Source: a virus (Duplodnaviria > Heunggongvirae > Uroviricota > Caudoviricetes). Taken from it: a DNA stretch of 22,328 nt. The notes under the pieces are model-generated. The model saw nothing but the letters and a program-made list of their open reading frames with translations. It was not told the origin of the DNA and did not search any database. Shown here in pieces: positions 8,454-16,878 of the stretch (its first letter is position 1; every line of letters starts with the position of its first letter). A program made the translations under genes and the position numbers. Location: the IMG/VR virus record IMGVR_UViG_648861009_000003; one strand, written 5' to 3'.

Positions 8454-8993
8454 ATGCAACCACTTCCATACCAACAGACTAGCGGATTTAGCCCGACTGC
8501 GGTGATAAATCGTTCTCAAACAAAACAGGTGCCAGGCCACGAAAAAATCCGTGATGCCGTCCGCGCCTGGTCGGCTGTAGATAATCAGGATGTCGTTGCC
8601 ACACTCATTGTGAATGAGTATCGGGAGCAGGGCGGCGGCACCATCGATTTCCCTGATGATGTCAGCCGTGCACGCCAGAAGCTGTTCCGCTTCCTCGATA
8701 ACAAATTCGATTCTGAAAAATACCGAAATAACGTGCGTGAACTGACCCCGGCAATTCTGGCGGTACTACCGCTGGAATATCGCGGTTACCTGGTTGAGCA
8801 GGATAGCTTCATGGCTAGGTTGGCTGAAATGGAAAAGGAACTCAGTGAGGCAAAACAGGCTGTCATTCTCAACGCACCACGCCACCAGAAACTGAAGGAA
8901 ATTAGTGAAGGTATTGTATCGATGTTTCGTGTGGACCCAGATCTGGCTGGTCCATTGATGGCGATGGTTACTACCATGCTGGGGGCGATATGA
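8454..8993 (+). CDS. YdaT-like protein in the cII position
   Basis: 179 aa; segments EYREQGGGTIDFPDD and LTPAILAVLPLEYRGYL resemble the Rac YdaT family as I recall it; located between cro and O. Confidence 0.65.
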   Translation: MQPLPYQQTSGFSPTAVINRSQTKQVPGHEKIRDAVRAWSAVDNQDVVATLIVNEYREQGGGTIDFPDDVSRARQKLFRFLDNKFDSEKYRNNVRELTPAILAVLPLEYRGYLVEQDSFMARLAEMEKELSEAKQAVILNAPRHQKLKEISEGIVSMFRVDPDLAGPLMAMVTTMLGAI

Positions 8994-9079
8994 CAGGTTC
9001 AGAAATGGCGAAAGCCGGTCTGCTGGAACAGAACCGACTTTCAGGTGCAAATCGTAACACACTCATTGCGGGAGGAATT

Positions 9080-10009
9080 ATGGCAAACACTGCTGAGATA
9101 TTCAATTTTCCAGTGCCGGATGCGGCACAAAAGGAGCCGCGCGTGGCAGATCTCGATGATGGTTATACGCGCATTGCAAATGAGTTGCTGGAAGCTGTGA
9201 TGCTGGCCGGATTAACACAGCACCAGCTTCTGGTCTTCCTGGCTGTCATGCGCAAAACATATGGCTTTAATAAAAAACTGGATTGGGTGAGCAACGAGCA
9301 ACTTTCCGAATTGACCGGGATATTGCCGCACAAGTGTTCTGCTGCAAAAAGCGTTCTGGTAAAGCGTGGGATTCTTATTCAGAGCGGGCGGAATATCGGC
9401 ATTAATAATGTGGTCAGTGAATGGTCAACATTACCCGAATCAGGTAAGAAAAATAAAGTTTACCTGAAAGAGGTAAATTTACCTGAATCAGGTAAGAAAA
9501 GTTTACCCAAATCAGGTAAAGGCGTTTACCCGAATCAGGTAAACACAAAAGACAAACTAACAAAAGACAATATAAAACCTTTTTCGTCCGAGAATTCTGG
9601 CGAATCCTCTGACCAGCCAGAAAACGATCTTCCTGTGGTGAAACCGGATGCTGCAATTCAGAGCGGCAGCAAGTGGGGGACAGCAGAAGACCTGACCGCC
9701 GCAGAGTGGATGTTTGACATGGTGAAGACTATCGCACCATCAGCCAGAAAACCGAATTTTGCTGGGTGGGCTAACGATATCCGCCTGATGCGTGAACGTG
9801 ACGGACGTAACCACCGCGACATGTGCGTGCTGTTCCGCTGGGCCTGCCAGGACAACTTCTGGTCCGGTAACGTGCTGAGTCCGGCCAAACTCCGCGACAA
9901 GTGGACCCAGCTCGAAATCAACCGGAACAAGCAACAGGCTGGCGTGACAGTCGGCAAACCAAAACTCGACCTGACAAACACTGACTGGATTTACGGGGTG
10001 GATCTATGA
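9080..10009 (+). CDS. O: Replication initiator O (chimeric: divergent N-terminal iteron-binding domain, lambda-like C-terminal domain)
   Basis: Start taken at MANTAEIFNF (GGAGG SD) by analogy to lambda O MTNTAKILNF; the C-terminal ~150 aa (SENSGESSDQPENDL...WTQLEINRNKQQAGV...DWIYGVDL) match lambda O; iterons lie inside the gene. Confidence 0.9.
   Translation: MANTAEIFNFPVPDAAQKEPRVADLDDGYTRIANELLEAVMLAGLTQHQLLVFLAVMRKTYGFNKKLDWVSNEQLSELTGILPHKCSAAKSVLVKRGILIQSGRNIGINNVVSEWSTLPESGKKNKVYLKEVNLPESGKKSLPKSGKGVYPNQVNTKDKLTKDNIKPFSSENSGESSDQPENDLPVVKPDAAIQSGSKWGTAEDLTAAEWMFDMVKTIAPSARKPNFAGWANDIRLMRERDGRNHRDMCVLFRWACQDNFWSGNVLSPAKLRDKWTQLEINRNKQQAGVTVGKPKLDLTNTDWIYGVDL
9431..9585. repeat. Replication origin: five 17-bp iterons plus an A-rich region inside O
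   Basis: ttacccgaatcaggtaa (9431), ttacctgaaagaggtaa (9459), ttacctgaatcaggtaa (9479), ttacccaaatcaggtaa (9503), ttacccgaatcaggtaa (9526), followed by acacaaaagacaaactaacaaaagacaatataaaacc. Confidence 0.8.
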
Positions 10010-10707
10010 AAAACATCGCCGCACAGATGGTTAACTTTGACCGTGAGCAGATGCGTCGGATCGCCAACAACATGCCGGAACAGTATGACGAAAAGCCACA
10101 GGTACAGCAGGTAGCGCAGATCATCAACGGTGTGTTCAGCCAGTTACTGGCAACTTTCCCGGCGAGCCTGGCTAATCGTGAGCAGAACGAACTGAACGAA
10201 ATCCGCCGCCAGTGGGTTCTGGCTTTCCGGGAAAACGGGATCACCACGATGGAACAGGTTAACGCAGGAATGCGCGTAGCCCGTCGGCAGAATCGACCAT
10301 TCCTGCCATCCCCCGGACAGTTTGTAGCCTGGTGCCGGGAAGAAGCATCCGTTATTGCCGGACTACCAAACACCAGCGAGCTGGTTGATATGGTTTACGA
10401 GTATTGCCGGAAGCGTGGCCTGTATCCGGATGCAGAGTCTTATCCGTGGAAATCAAACGCGCACTACTGGCTGGTTACCAACCTGTATCAGAACATGCGG
10501 GCCAATGCGCTTACTGATGCGGAATTACGGCGCAAGGCTGCCGATGAACTGACTTGTATGACCGCGCGAATTAACCGTGGTGAGGCGATACCTGAACCAG
10601 TAAAACAACTTCCTGTCATGGGCGGTAGACCTCTAAATCGTGCACAGGCTCTGGCGAAGATCGCAGAAATCAAAGCGAAGTTCGGACTGAAAGGAGCAAC
10701 TGTATGA
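10006..10707 (+). CDS. P: Replication protein P (DnaB helicase loader)
   Basis: 233-aa translation MKNIAAQMVNFDREQMRRIANNMPEQYDEKPQVQQVAQIINGVFSQLL... is near-identical to lambda P. Confidence 0.96.
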   Translation: MKNIAAQMVNFDREQMRRIANNMPEQYDEKPQVQQVAQIINGVFSQLLATFPASLANREQNELNEIRRQWVLAFRENGITTMEQVNAGMRVARRQNRPFLPSPGQFVAWCREEASVIAGLPNTSELVDMVYEYCRKRGLYPDAESYPWKSNAHYWLVTNLYQNMRANALTDAELRRKAADELTCMTARINRGEAIPEPVKQLPVMGGRPLNRAQALAKIAEIKAKFGLKGATV

Positions 10708-11006
10708 CGGGCAAAGAGGCAATTATTCATTACCTGGGGACGCATAAGAGCTTCTGTGCGCAGGACGTTGCTGCGGTAACAGGCGCAACAGTAACCAGTA
10801 TAAATCAGGCTGCGGCTAAAATGGCACGGGCAGGAATCTTGGTCGTTGATGGTAAGGTCTGGCGAACGGTGTATTACCGGTTCGCTACCAGGGAAGAACG
10901 GGAAGGAAAGGTGAGCACGAATCTGATTTTCAAGGAGTGTCGCCAGAGTGCCGCGATGAAACGAGTGTTGGCAGTGTATGGAGATATGAACTTAAACTTG
11001 CTGTGA
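10704..11006 (+). CDS. ren: Ren (Rex-exclusion protein) with a divergent C-terminus
   Basis: MTGKEAIIHYLGTHKSFCAQDVAAVTGATVTSINQAAAKMARAGILVVDGKVWRTVYYRFATREEREGK... matches lambda Ren except for the last ~8 residues. Confidence 0.9.
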   Translation: MTGKEAIIHYLGTHKSFCAQDVAAVTGATVTSINQAAAKMARAGILVVDGKVWRTVYYRFATREEREGKVSTNLIFKECRQSAAMKRVLAVYGDMNLNLL

Positions 11007-11254
11007 CGGTTTTCATCGGTAACACACCATGTAATCTAGCAGTCAGCTTAGAAATAGGAGCGGCAGTTAAAGATTTTTCAGTTAGTAGAAAATTACTGTT
11101 ATTGCAGGGATCTAATCACCGGAGAGTCGTTCCATTTGTCTTATGATTACCTGAAGTCCGTTAGTTCGTTGGTAATCACCGTTTTTGTTAGAGAAGTAAG
11201 CATCGCTGACAAAATATTCTCAACGATGCCTGCTTTATTGCTACTACAAATTAA

Positions 11255-12756
11255 TTAAATTGCATCTGCAAACTCTGGGGTTTTTCGCTCAGGTATAATT
11301 GATGAGTTGCTGTTGTCACTTTTTTTATTTTCATGATTACGAATAGCCAATGACTCATTAAAGTCTTTTGCGACTGCTGTCTCAATAAATTCAATTTCTG
11401 AATCAGAGTGTTTTTTAACAGCTTCTTTGATCTCATCCAGAGTAACATAGAAAAACTCTTTTCTACGATTTACAAGATTGACTCTCTTTTTATCGAAGAC
11501 ATCATGTAGTTTTTTTCTAATGATGGAGCGTCCTCCGAATAAATCATGGCATGTACATCAAAAATAAAAGGAACAGATGCATCACCGAGCTCATTTACAC
11601 GGTCTTGCGGATCAAGACGTCGTGTCATGCCTATTTTATAAACATTCTCCCCAAAAGAACCTATGTTCGAAATAATATAAACATGACCTTGTTTGGTTTG
11701 TTGTGCCATGGATAATGCTCTTTGATGCTTTGATTCAGCCTGCGACAAACTCTGTTCTAGTTCGGCAATGCGATTTTCGAGGCGCTGCTTCATGTCACCA
11801 GTAACTTTTTCCATTTCCTTTCTTGCAGCTTCAATTGCTTTTTTATAACGGCGCTCTTCTGCCTCTGCGTCTTGCATGGCCTTTTCTATTTCTCGTTGTG
11901 CACGCTCCTCCTCTCTCATTTGTGCCCTTATTTCTGCCTGTTCTTCTTTTTCTTTCTGTTTTTGCTCACGATATTCATGGGTAAGCCACAATTCCTCAAG
12001 TTTTTTATTGAGGTATTTAGTGTTTATATATATGTGATTTTGCTCGTTTAGTTTATTTATGGCCTCAAATGCCTTTGTGATGCGTTCTTCCATTTTAGTG
12101 ATGTTTTTCCACGTGCAATTGCTAATTGCAGCATCACATTCATTATTAAATGCTCTAGTAGTTAGCCTGATATTTCTGTCTGTCATTTTTTTACCCTCTG
12201 CTCGAGAGCCTTCAACAGTCCATTGGGTTGTACAATATACTGCGCCAGAGTGGGTTTTATCCCGCAGCATTAATTTCTGTTCATCCCTGATGGATTTTAT
12301 TTTGTTTTTAAATTGCTCTGAATCTTCAAAATTAAAATGAGGTTCGTAAAATCCTAGTTCGGCTAGCTCAACATCTTCTGAATAAATAGAAATTTGCCTT
12401 ACTAGTTTATCATATATTTCTTTCTTCTCTTTATAAGTTCTTCTTAGCTCTTGGATTTGTTTATTGATACCATCCATTTTTTCAATGGTGTTTGTTAGTT
12501 CATTATTGGCATTTTCTTTTACTTTTAGGGATTCTTCTTTTATTATGGAGCATTCTTGCTCTGTTTTCTCAATAAGCTTCTTACATTCTTCTTCTACATT
12601 AAAATAATCTGCAAAGCGAGATTTGTATTCTTCATTTTTTTGATTGCTATCACTTAATTCTAATTGTATTTTTTTGATGCGTTTGATTGCAGCTATATAA
12701 AGAACAAGAACAACCAATAAAAATATGATTGCAAGTAATAGAGGAGTTTGAGTCAT
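11255..12756 (-). CDS. DUF4041/T5orf172 (GIY-YIG-like)-family protein with N-terminal TM helix and long coiled-coil; reading frame broken at a T7 homopolymer (11510..11516)
   Basis: The 428-aa ORF (11470..12756) contains GHVYIISNIGSFGENVYKIGMTRRLDPQDRVNELGDASVPFIFDVHAMIYSEDAPSL; the family-typical C-terminus LHDVFDKKRVNLVNRRKEFFYVTLDEIKEAVKKH... continues in the -1 frame to a stop at 11255. N-terminus LLLAIIFLLVVLVLYIAAI is hydrophobic; the gene is strongly AT-rich. Confidence 0.75.
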
Positions 12757-13065
12757 TCGTGCTATTCCTTACGGACAATTTAAGACGTTTTGTATTAAAT
12801 CCTGTTCAATGTGTATGCGGGTGATTGCTACCGCTTACAATCTTCATAATTATCAGTTAGATAGACTCGCTAGTAAATAATTTCATTTTTTGCAATATTC
12901 TTATTGAATATTTCAATTTATGAAATGAACTCTTTATCCTTTCAAGGTGAAAGGTTTCTTCTTCGGAAATATTTGCTCTCGTGTGACGTATAAAGACCTT
13001 TGATTTTCAAAAATCAGTAGGGAATAATATAGTTACTGTCGGCCTGAACACCCGGTGGTGGGGTT

Positions 13066-13155
13066 GCGCTAAACGGGGACGTTTATGCGCACACACAATC
13101 CAAACTCTCATCTCCATTCACAGATGCAGAAATGCACCTACGATTTTTTACATTC
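13066..13155. repeat. Direct repeat copy 1 (~90 bp, about 92% identical to 14999..15088)
   Basis: gcgctaaacggggacgtttatgcgcacacacaatccaaactctcatctccattcacagatgcagaaatgcacctacgattttttacattc. Confidence 0.9.
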
Positions 13156-13246
13156 GGTGTTTTACTTCGACAGCCAGAATTGGGAGTCTCTATTCGTCTG
13201 GCGGCTAAAGGTGATATGGAAATCGTTATGTTTTGGCCTGAGGTAG
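13085..13246 (+). CDS. Small ORF (53 aa) sharing an SD and N-terminal ~20 aa with the ylcH-like ORF
   Basis: GGGGAC SD followed by ATG; MRTHNPNSHLHSQMQKCTYDFLH... parallels [23 protein letters not shown] of the second repeat copy; could be a duplicated gene start rather than a functional gene. Confidence 0.3.
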   Translation: MRTHNPNSHLHSQMQKCTYDFLHSVFYFDSQNWESLFVWRLKVIWKSLCFGLR

Positions 13247-13568
13247 TTGTAACTGTTGTAGCAGCTATGGATGTGATCATCATGGTGTCCATTTACTGGG
13301 GTTGACGACATGATTTATCCGGCGCTATATTCTGTGCGTTGCCGCAAAATCGGCACACGGGATTGGCGTCCCGGGATACTACTCAACGCATACCGCGTTA
13401 AGCGGTTTTTTTGTGCGCTAAGCACGGCTATGCCCAAATTATGGTGGGCTGTGTGAGGGCTTCTTCGGAAGCGCCGGGTTTGAGTAGCCGGTTACGCCAA
13501 CCTTACACAGTTCACCACCAGTCGATTGGCGTCGTTGGTGGTGATGGTTAACCTGATGAGGTGATACT

Positions 13569-14177
13569 ATGACTACTCAATTAGCATTCCACAAAACGAC
13601 GTTTACCCCGATTTGCCACAATAACAGAATTTGGCTTACTGCCACTGAAGTTGGTTTAGCACTGGAATATGCGGACGATAAAGCAGTTCAGCGCATTTAC
13701 TCTCGGCACTCAGATGAATTCACAGATATGATGACAAGGGTGGTCAAAGTGACCACCCCTCGTGGAATGCAGGAGTCTCGAGTATTTAGCCTTCGCGGAG
13801 CCCATTTGATCGCCATGTTTGCTCGTACTCCTGTGGCCAAAGAATTCCGCCGCTGGGTTCTGGATATTCTCGATCGAGAAGTTCAACAATCCCCAATCAC
13901 AAAACAATTCACTGATAACGAACTTTGCACACTCGCCTGGTTATGGCGAGCAAGTGATACGATGTTAACCGCCTGCCAGAACGTTACGCCCCTTCTTCAG
14001 GTCGCAGAGCATCGCGAAGCAGGTAGATTCACTTCAATCGAACAAGAATATCCTCGGATACTCAACAGGGCGCGAGAAATCCTTGCCAGAGAAACGGCGC
14101 ATGTAAAATTCCAACCGTGGCAGGATGATAAGTGGAGTCGTGTGTTACCATATTTCCGTCAGAATCTGTTGCAATAA
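13569..14177 (+). CDS. Bro-N / P22 AR N-terminal domain protein (Roi/antirepressor-like)
   Basis: 202 aa; N-terminal IWLTATEVGLALEYADDKAVQRIYSRH...SRVFSLRGAHLIAMFARTPVAKEFRRWVLDIL fits the Bro-N/AntA-type domain pattern. Confidence 0.75.
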   Translation: MTTQLAFHKTTFTPICHNNRIWLTATEVGLALEYADDKAVQRIYSRHSDEFTDMMTRVVKVTTPRGMQESRVFSLRGAHLIAMFARTPVAKEFRRWVLDILDREVQQSPITKQFTDNELCTLAWLWRASDTMLTACQNVTPLLQVAEHREAGRFTSIEQEYPRILNRAREILARETAHVKFQPWQDDKWSRVLPYFRQNLLQ

Positions 14178-14194
14178 AGTCACTAGTTAGAAAT

Positions 14195-14238
14195 ACTGCC
14201 AGCATTCTGCGATGACGGAAGTGCTGGCATTTTTTTTG
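14195..14238 (+). terminator. Rho-independent terminator after the Bro-N gene
   Basis: ctgccagcat...gtgctggca stem followed by tttttttt, 20 nt after the stop codon. Confidence 0.5.
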
Positions 14239-14412
14239 GTAATGTGCGAGTCCATTTCATAAAATACGGGTACTGGAACTGGACGATATAATCTAAAAGA
14301 TACCATTATCAGTAGCATTAAAATCGCTATGTGCCGATACGGATATAAATTATATTGATTGTTCACATACCTTATTGGATATTACTGAGGGGTGTTTATA
14401 TAAGGTGTAACG

Positions 14413-14937
14413 ATGATGTGGAACTTTGACAGTGCCGACTTAAGTGCAATAGCAGCAGGCATTTCTGCGTTTGGCACATTAGCCGCAGCGGGGTCGGCGC
14501 TTGCAAGTTGGTGCACGTCAAAAAAAGCGCTGCAGCTACAAAATAGAGTTTACCTTTATGAGTCTTTAAAGGCTTGCGCTGAGAGAGCCAATTCATCAGC
14601 TAAAGATAAGCGCGGATCTGAATGGAGCGTTAATGATGCAGCGGATATCATCAGGTGCCTAGTACGGGCGATGGAGCTCATCAAGCAGGATAGCCAGCAG
14701 AAAGAAGGTAATCAGGCATTAATGTTGAAACAGTACTTTGTTAATCTGCTAATAATGGAACTGTACGAGGAAGTTCATAACGGTGATGCGGCTGATTCTG
14801 TTTTTAAAAGTACGGAACCTACACAAGTACTTGATAACTTATGGAGCAAATGGCAGGAGGCTATAGCTTTTTTGATATTTGGAATTACCCAGTTGCGACT
14901 GAGGAAGACTTGGCAGACTAATTTTCAGCACATTTGA
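14413..14937 (+). CDS. Unknown 174-aa protein with an N-terminal hydrophobic (membrane-anchor-like) segment
   Basis: ORF with its own upstream AT-rich promoter-like region after a terminator; residues ~11-34 (LSAIAAGISAFGTLAAAGSALASW) are hydrophobic; no family recognised. Confidence 0.6.
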   Translation: MMWNFDSADLSAIAAGISAFGTLAAAGSALASWCTSKKALQLQNRVYLYESLKACAERANSSAKDKRGSEWSVNDAADIIRCLVRAMELIKQDSQQKEGNQALMLKQYFVNLLIMELYEEVHNGDAADSVFKSTEPTQVLDNLWSKWQEAIAFLIFGITQLRLRKTWQTNFQHI

Positions 14938-14998
14938 TTTCCAATAATCAACCAGCCATAATCATGCCATTGGAGCTTGAACAACTCCGGTGACTTCT

Positions 14999-15088
14999 GC
15001 GCTAAACGGGGACGTTTATGCGCACATACAATCCAAACTCTCTTCTCCCTTCACAGATGCAGAGATGCACCTGCGATTTTTTGCATCC
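14999..15088. repeat. Direct repeat copy 2 (~90 bp)
   Basis: gcgctaaacggggacgtttatgcgcacatacaatccaaactctcttctcccttcacagatgcagagatgcacctgcgattttttgcatcc. Confidence 0.9.
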
Positions 15089-15119
15089 AGCGTTTGACCT
15101 CTGCGGAGGTGAAGCGTGA
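15018..15119 (+). CDS. ylcH: Small ORF (33 aa), ylcH-like
   Basis: SD plus ATG within repeat copy 2; [33 protein letters not shown]; sits directly upstream of ybcN as ylcH does in DLP12 (order recalled from memory). Confidence 0.4.
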   Translation: MRTYNPNSLLPSQMQRCTCDFLHPAFDLCGGEA

Positions 15120-15571
15120 ACCTCCCACAAGACGGCATCAAATTGCATCGTGGTAACTTCACCGCTATCGGCCAGCAGATCCAGCCTTATCTGGAGGAAG
15201 GCAAATGCTTTCGCATGGTGCTTAAACCGTGGCGTGAGAAACGCAGTCTTTCCCAGAATGCACTCAGCCACATGTGGTACAGCGAAATCAGTGAATACCT
15301 CATCAGCAGGGGTAAAACGTTCGCCACTCCAGCTTGGGTAAAAGATGCTCTCAAACACACATATCTCGGTTATGAAACCAAAGACCTGGTTGATGTCGTA
15401 ACCGGTGAGATCACCACTATCCAGTCGTTACGCCATACCTCCGATCTTGATACCGGAGAGATGTATATCTTCCTGTGTAAGGTTGAAGCCTGGGCGGTGA
15501 ATATTGGCTGCCACCTGACTATTCCGCAGAGCTGCGAGTTCCAGCTGCTGCGCGACAAGCAGGAGGCGTAA
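15116..15571 (+). CDS. ybcN: NinB-family recombination protein (YbcN-like)
   Basis: 151 aa with a GTG start; first gene of a tightly overlapping nin operon; the [16 protein letters not shown] region resembles the lambda NinB SLDQN motif. Confidence 0.75.
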   Translation: MNLPQDGIKLHRGNFTAIGQQIQPYLEEGKCFRMVLKPWREKRSLSQNALSHMWYSEISEYLISRGKTFATPAWVKDALKHTYLGYETKDLVDVVTGEITTIQSLRHTSDLDTGEMYIFLCKVEAWAVNIGCHLTIPQSCEFQLLRDKQEA

Positions 15572-15741
15572 TGGCTACACCGCTTATTCGTGTCATGAAC
15601 GGACACATCTACAGAGTACCAAATCGTCGTAAGCGTAAACCTGAGCTGAAGCCATCCGAAATACCAACACTGCTCGGATATACCGCCAGCTTGGTTGATA
15701 AAAAATGGTTGCGACTGGCAGCAAGGAGGAATCATGGCTGA
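15571..15741 (+). CDS. ninE: NinE-family protein (56 aa)
   Basis: [56 protein letters not shown] matches DLP12 NinE as I recall it; TAATG overlap with ybcN; shorter than the 60-aa ORF-track cutoff. Confidence 0.75.
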   Translation: MATPLIRVMNGHIYRVPNRRKRKPELKPSEIPTLLGYTASLVDKKWLRLAARRNHG

Positions 15742-16024
15742 TTTGAGAAAAGCAGCGCGTGGTCGGGAATGCCAGGTAAGAATCCCTGGCGTATGTAATG
15801 GCAATTCTGAGACGTCTGTACTGGCACATATCCGGCTGGCTGGATTGTGCGGTACCGGTATCAAACCGCCAGACCTGATTGCCACCATTGCATGTTCTGC
15901 CTGCCACGACGAAATCGACCGCCGCACGCATTTTGTTGACGCTGGATATGCAAAAGAATGCGCGCTGGAAGGTATGGCGAGAACGCAGGTTATCTGGCTG
16001 AAAGAGAGGGTAATTAAGGCGTGA
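15734..16024 (+). CDS. ybcO: YbcO-like protein (DUF1364, cysteine/histidine-rich putative nuclease)
   Basis: Start taken at [23 protein letters not shown]...[13 protein letters not shown]; overlaps the ninE 3' end and is followed by rusA, as in DLP12. Confidence 0.8.
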   Translation: MADLRKAARGRECQVRIPGVCNGNSETSVLAHIRLAGLCGTGIKPPDLIATIACSACHDEIDRRTHFVDAGYAKECALEGMARTQVIWLKERVIKA

Positions 16025-16383
16025 ATACTTACCACATCACACTACCCTGGCCTCCGAGCAATAATCGCTATTACCGCCATAATCGCGGGCGCACGCACGT
16101 CAGCGCAGAGGGGCAGGCATACCGCGATAACGTCGCCCGAATCATTAAAAACGCAATGCTGGATATCGGCCTGGCTATGCCTGTGAAAATCCGCATTGAG
16201 TGCCACATGCCGGATCGCCGTCGCCGTGACCTGGATAATCTGCAAAAAGCCGCTTTTGACGCACTCACTAAAGCAGGTTTCTGGCTGGATGATGCTCAGG
16301 TCGTTGATTACCGCGTTGTGAAGATGCCTGTTACCAAAGGTGGGAGGCTGGAACTGACCATCACCGAAATGGGGAATGAATGA
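16021..16383 (+). CDS. rusA: Holliday-junction resolvase RusA
   Basis: 120-aa translation [42 protein letters not shown]...[29 protein letters not shown] matches RusA. Confidence 0.95.
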   Translation: MNTYHITLPWPPSNNRYYRHNRGRTHVSAEGQAYRDNVARIIKNAMLDIGLAMPVKIRIECHMPDRRRRDLDNLQKAAFDALTKAGFWLDDAQVVDYRVVKMPVTKGGRLELTITEMGNE

Positions 16384-16878
16384 TGTTTGAGTTTAATATN
16401 NNNNNNNNNNNNNNNNNNNNNNNNNNNNNNNNNNNNNNNNNNNNNNNNNNNNNNNNNNNNNNNNNNNNNNNNNNNNNNNNNNNNNNNNNNNNNNNNNNNN
16501 NNNNNNNNNNNNNNNNNNNNNNNNNNNNNNNNNNNNNNNNNNNNNNNNNNNNNNNNNNNNNNNNNNNNNNNNNNNNNNNNNNNNNNNNNNNNNNNNNNNN
16601 NNNNNNNNNNNNNNNNNNNNNNNNNNNNNNNNNNNNNNNNNNNNNNNNNNNNNNNNNNNNNNNNNNNNNNNNNNNNNNNNNNNNNNNNNNNNNNNNNNNN
16701 NNNNNNNNNNNNNNNNNNNNNNNNNNNNNNNNNNNNNNNNNNNNNNNNNNNNNNNNNNNNAGAACTTCTTCGCCACCGCTGGGGGCGTCTGCGCTTATAT
16801 CGTTTCCCCGGCTCTGTTTTGACCGATTACCGAATACTGAAGAATTACGCCAAAACACTGACAGGAGCAGGAGTATGA
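16380..16878 (+). CDS. ylcG: ylcG-like small gene split by the N-gap (5' part 16380..16399, 3' part 16761..16878)
   Basis: The 5' flank encodes MMFEFN and the 3' flank encodes [38 protein letters not shown]; joined by about 3 nt they would reconstitute a 46-aa protein matching DLP12 YlcG as I recall it. Confidence 0.6.
16400..16760. other. Run of 361 N (assembly/scaffold gap)
   Basis: Contiguous N characters; the flanks are the two halves of ylcG. Confidence 0.95.

Noticed and set aside
9431-9542. Possible CRISPR-like array, because of regularly spaced short repeats
   Set aside because: Repeats are 17 bp, only five copies, irregular 20-28 bp spacing, and they lie inside the O gene; this is a replication-origin iteron set, not a CRISPR array.
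9414-10373. Minus-strand ORFs (80, 107, 64 and 151 aa) across the O iterons and the O/P genes
   Set aside because: Antisense to O and P, whose plus-strand translations match lambda proteins; the 80-aa ORF is driven by the iteron repeats.
10937-11146. 69-aa plus-strand ORF overlapping the end of ren
   Set aside because: Overlaps ren in another frame and extends into intergenic DNA; no SD or recognisable features.
13083-13292. 69-aa minus-strand ORF over direct repeat copy 1
   Set aside because: Thr/Ser-rich low-complexity translation antisense to the conserved plus-strand SD/ATG module.
15002-16035. Minus-strand ORFs of 118, 221 and 112 aa over the nin region
   Set aside because: Antisense to ylcH, ybcN, ninE and ybcO, whose plus-strand products match known nin-region proteins in a tightly overlapping operon.
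16042-16268. Minus-strand ORFs of 67 and 65 aa inside rusA
   Set aside because: Antisense to rusA, whose translation matches RusA.
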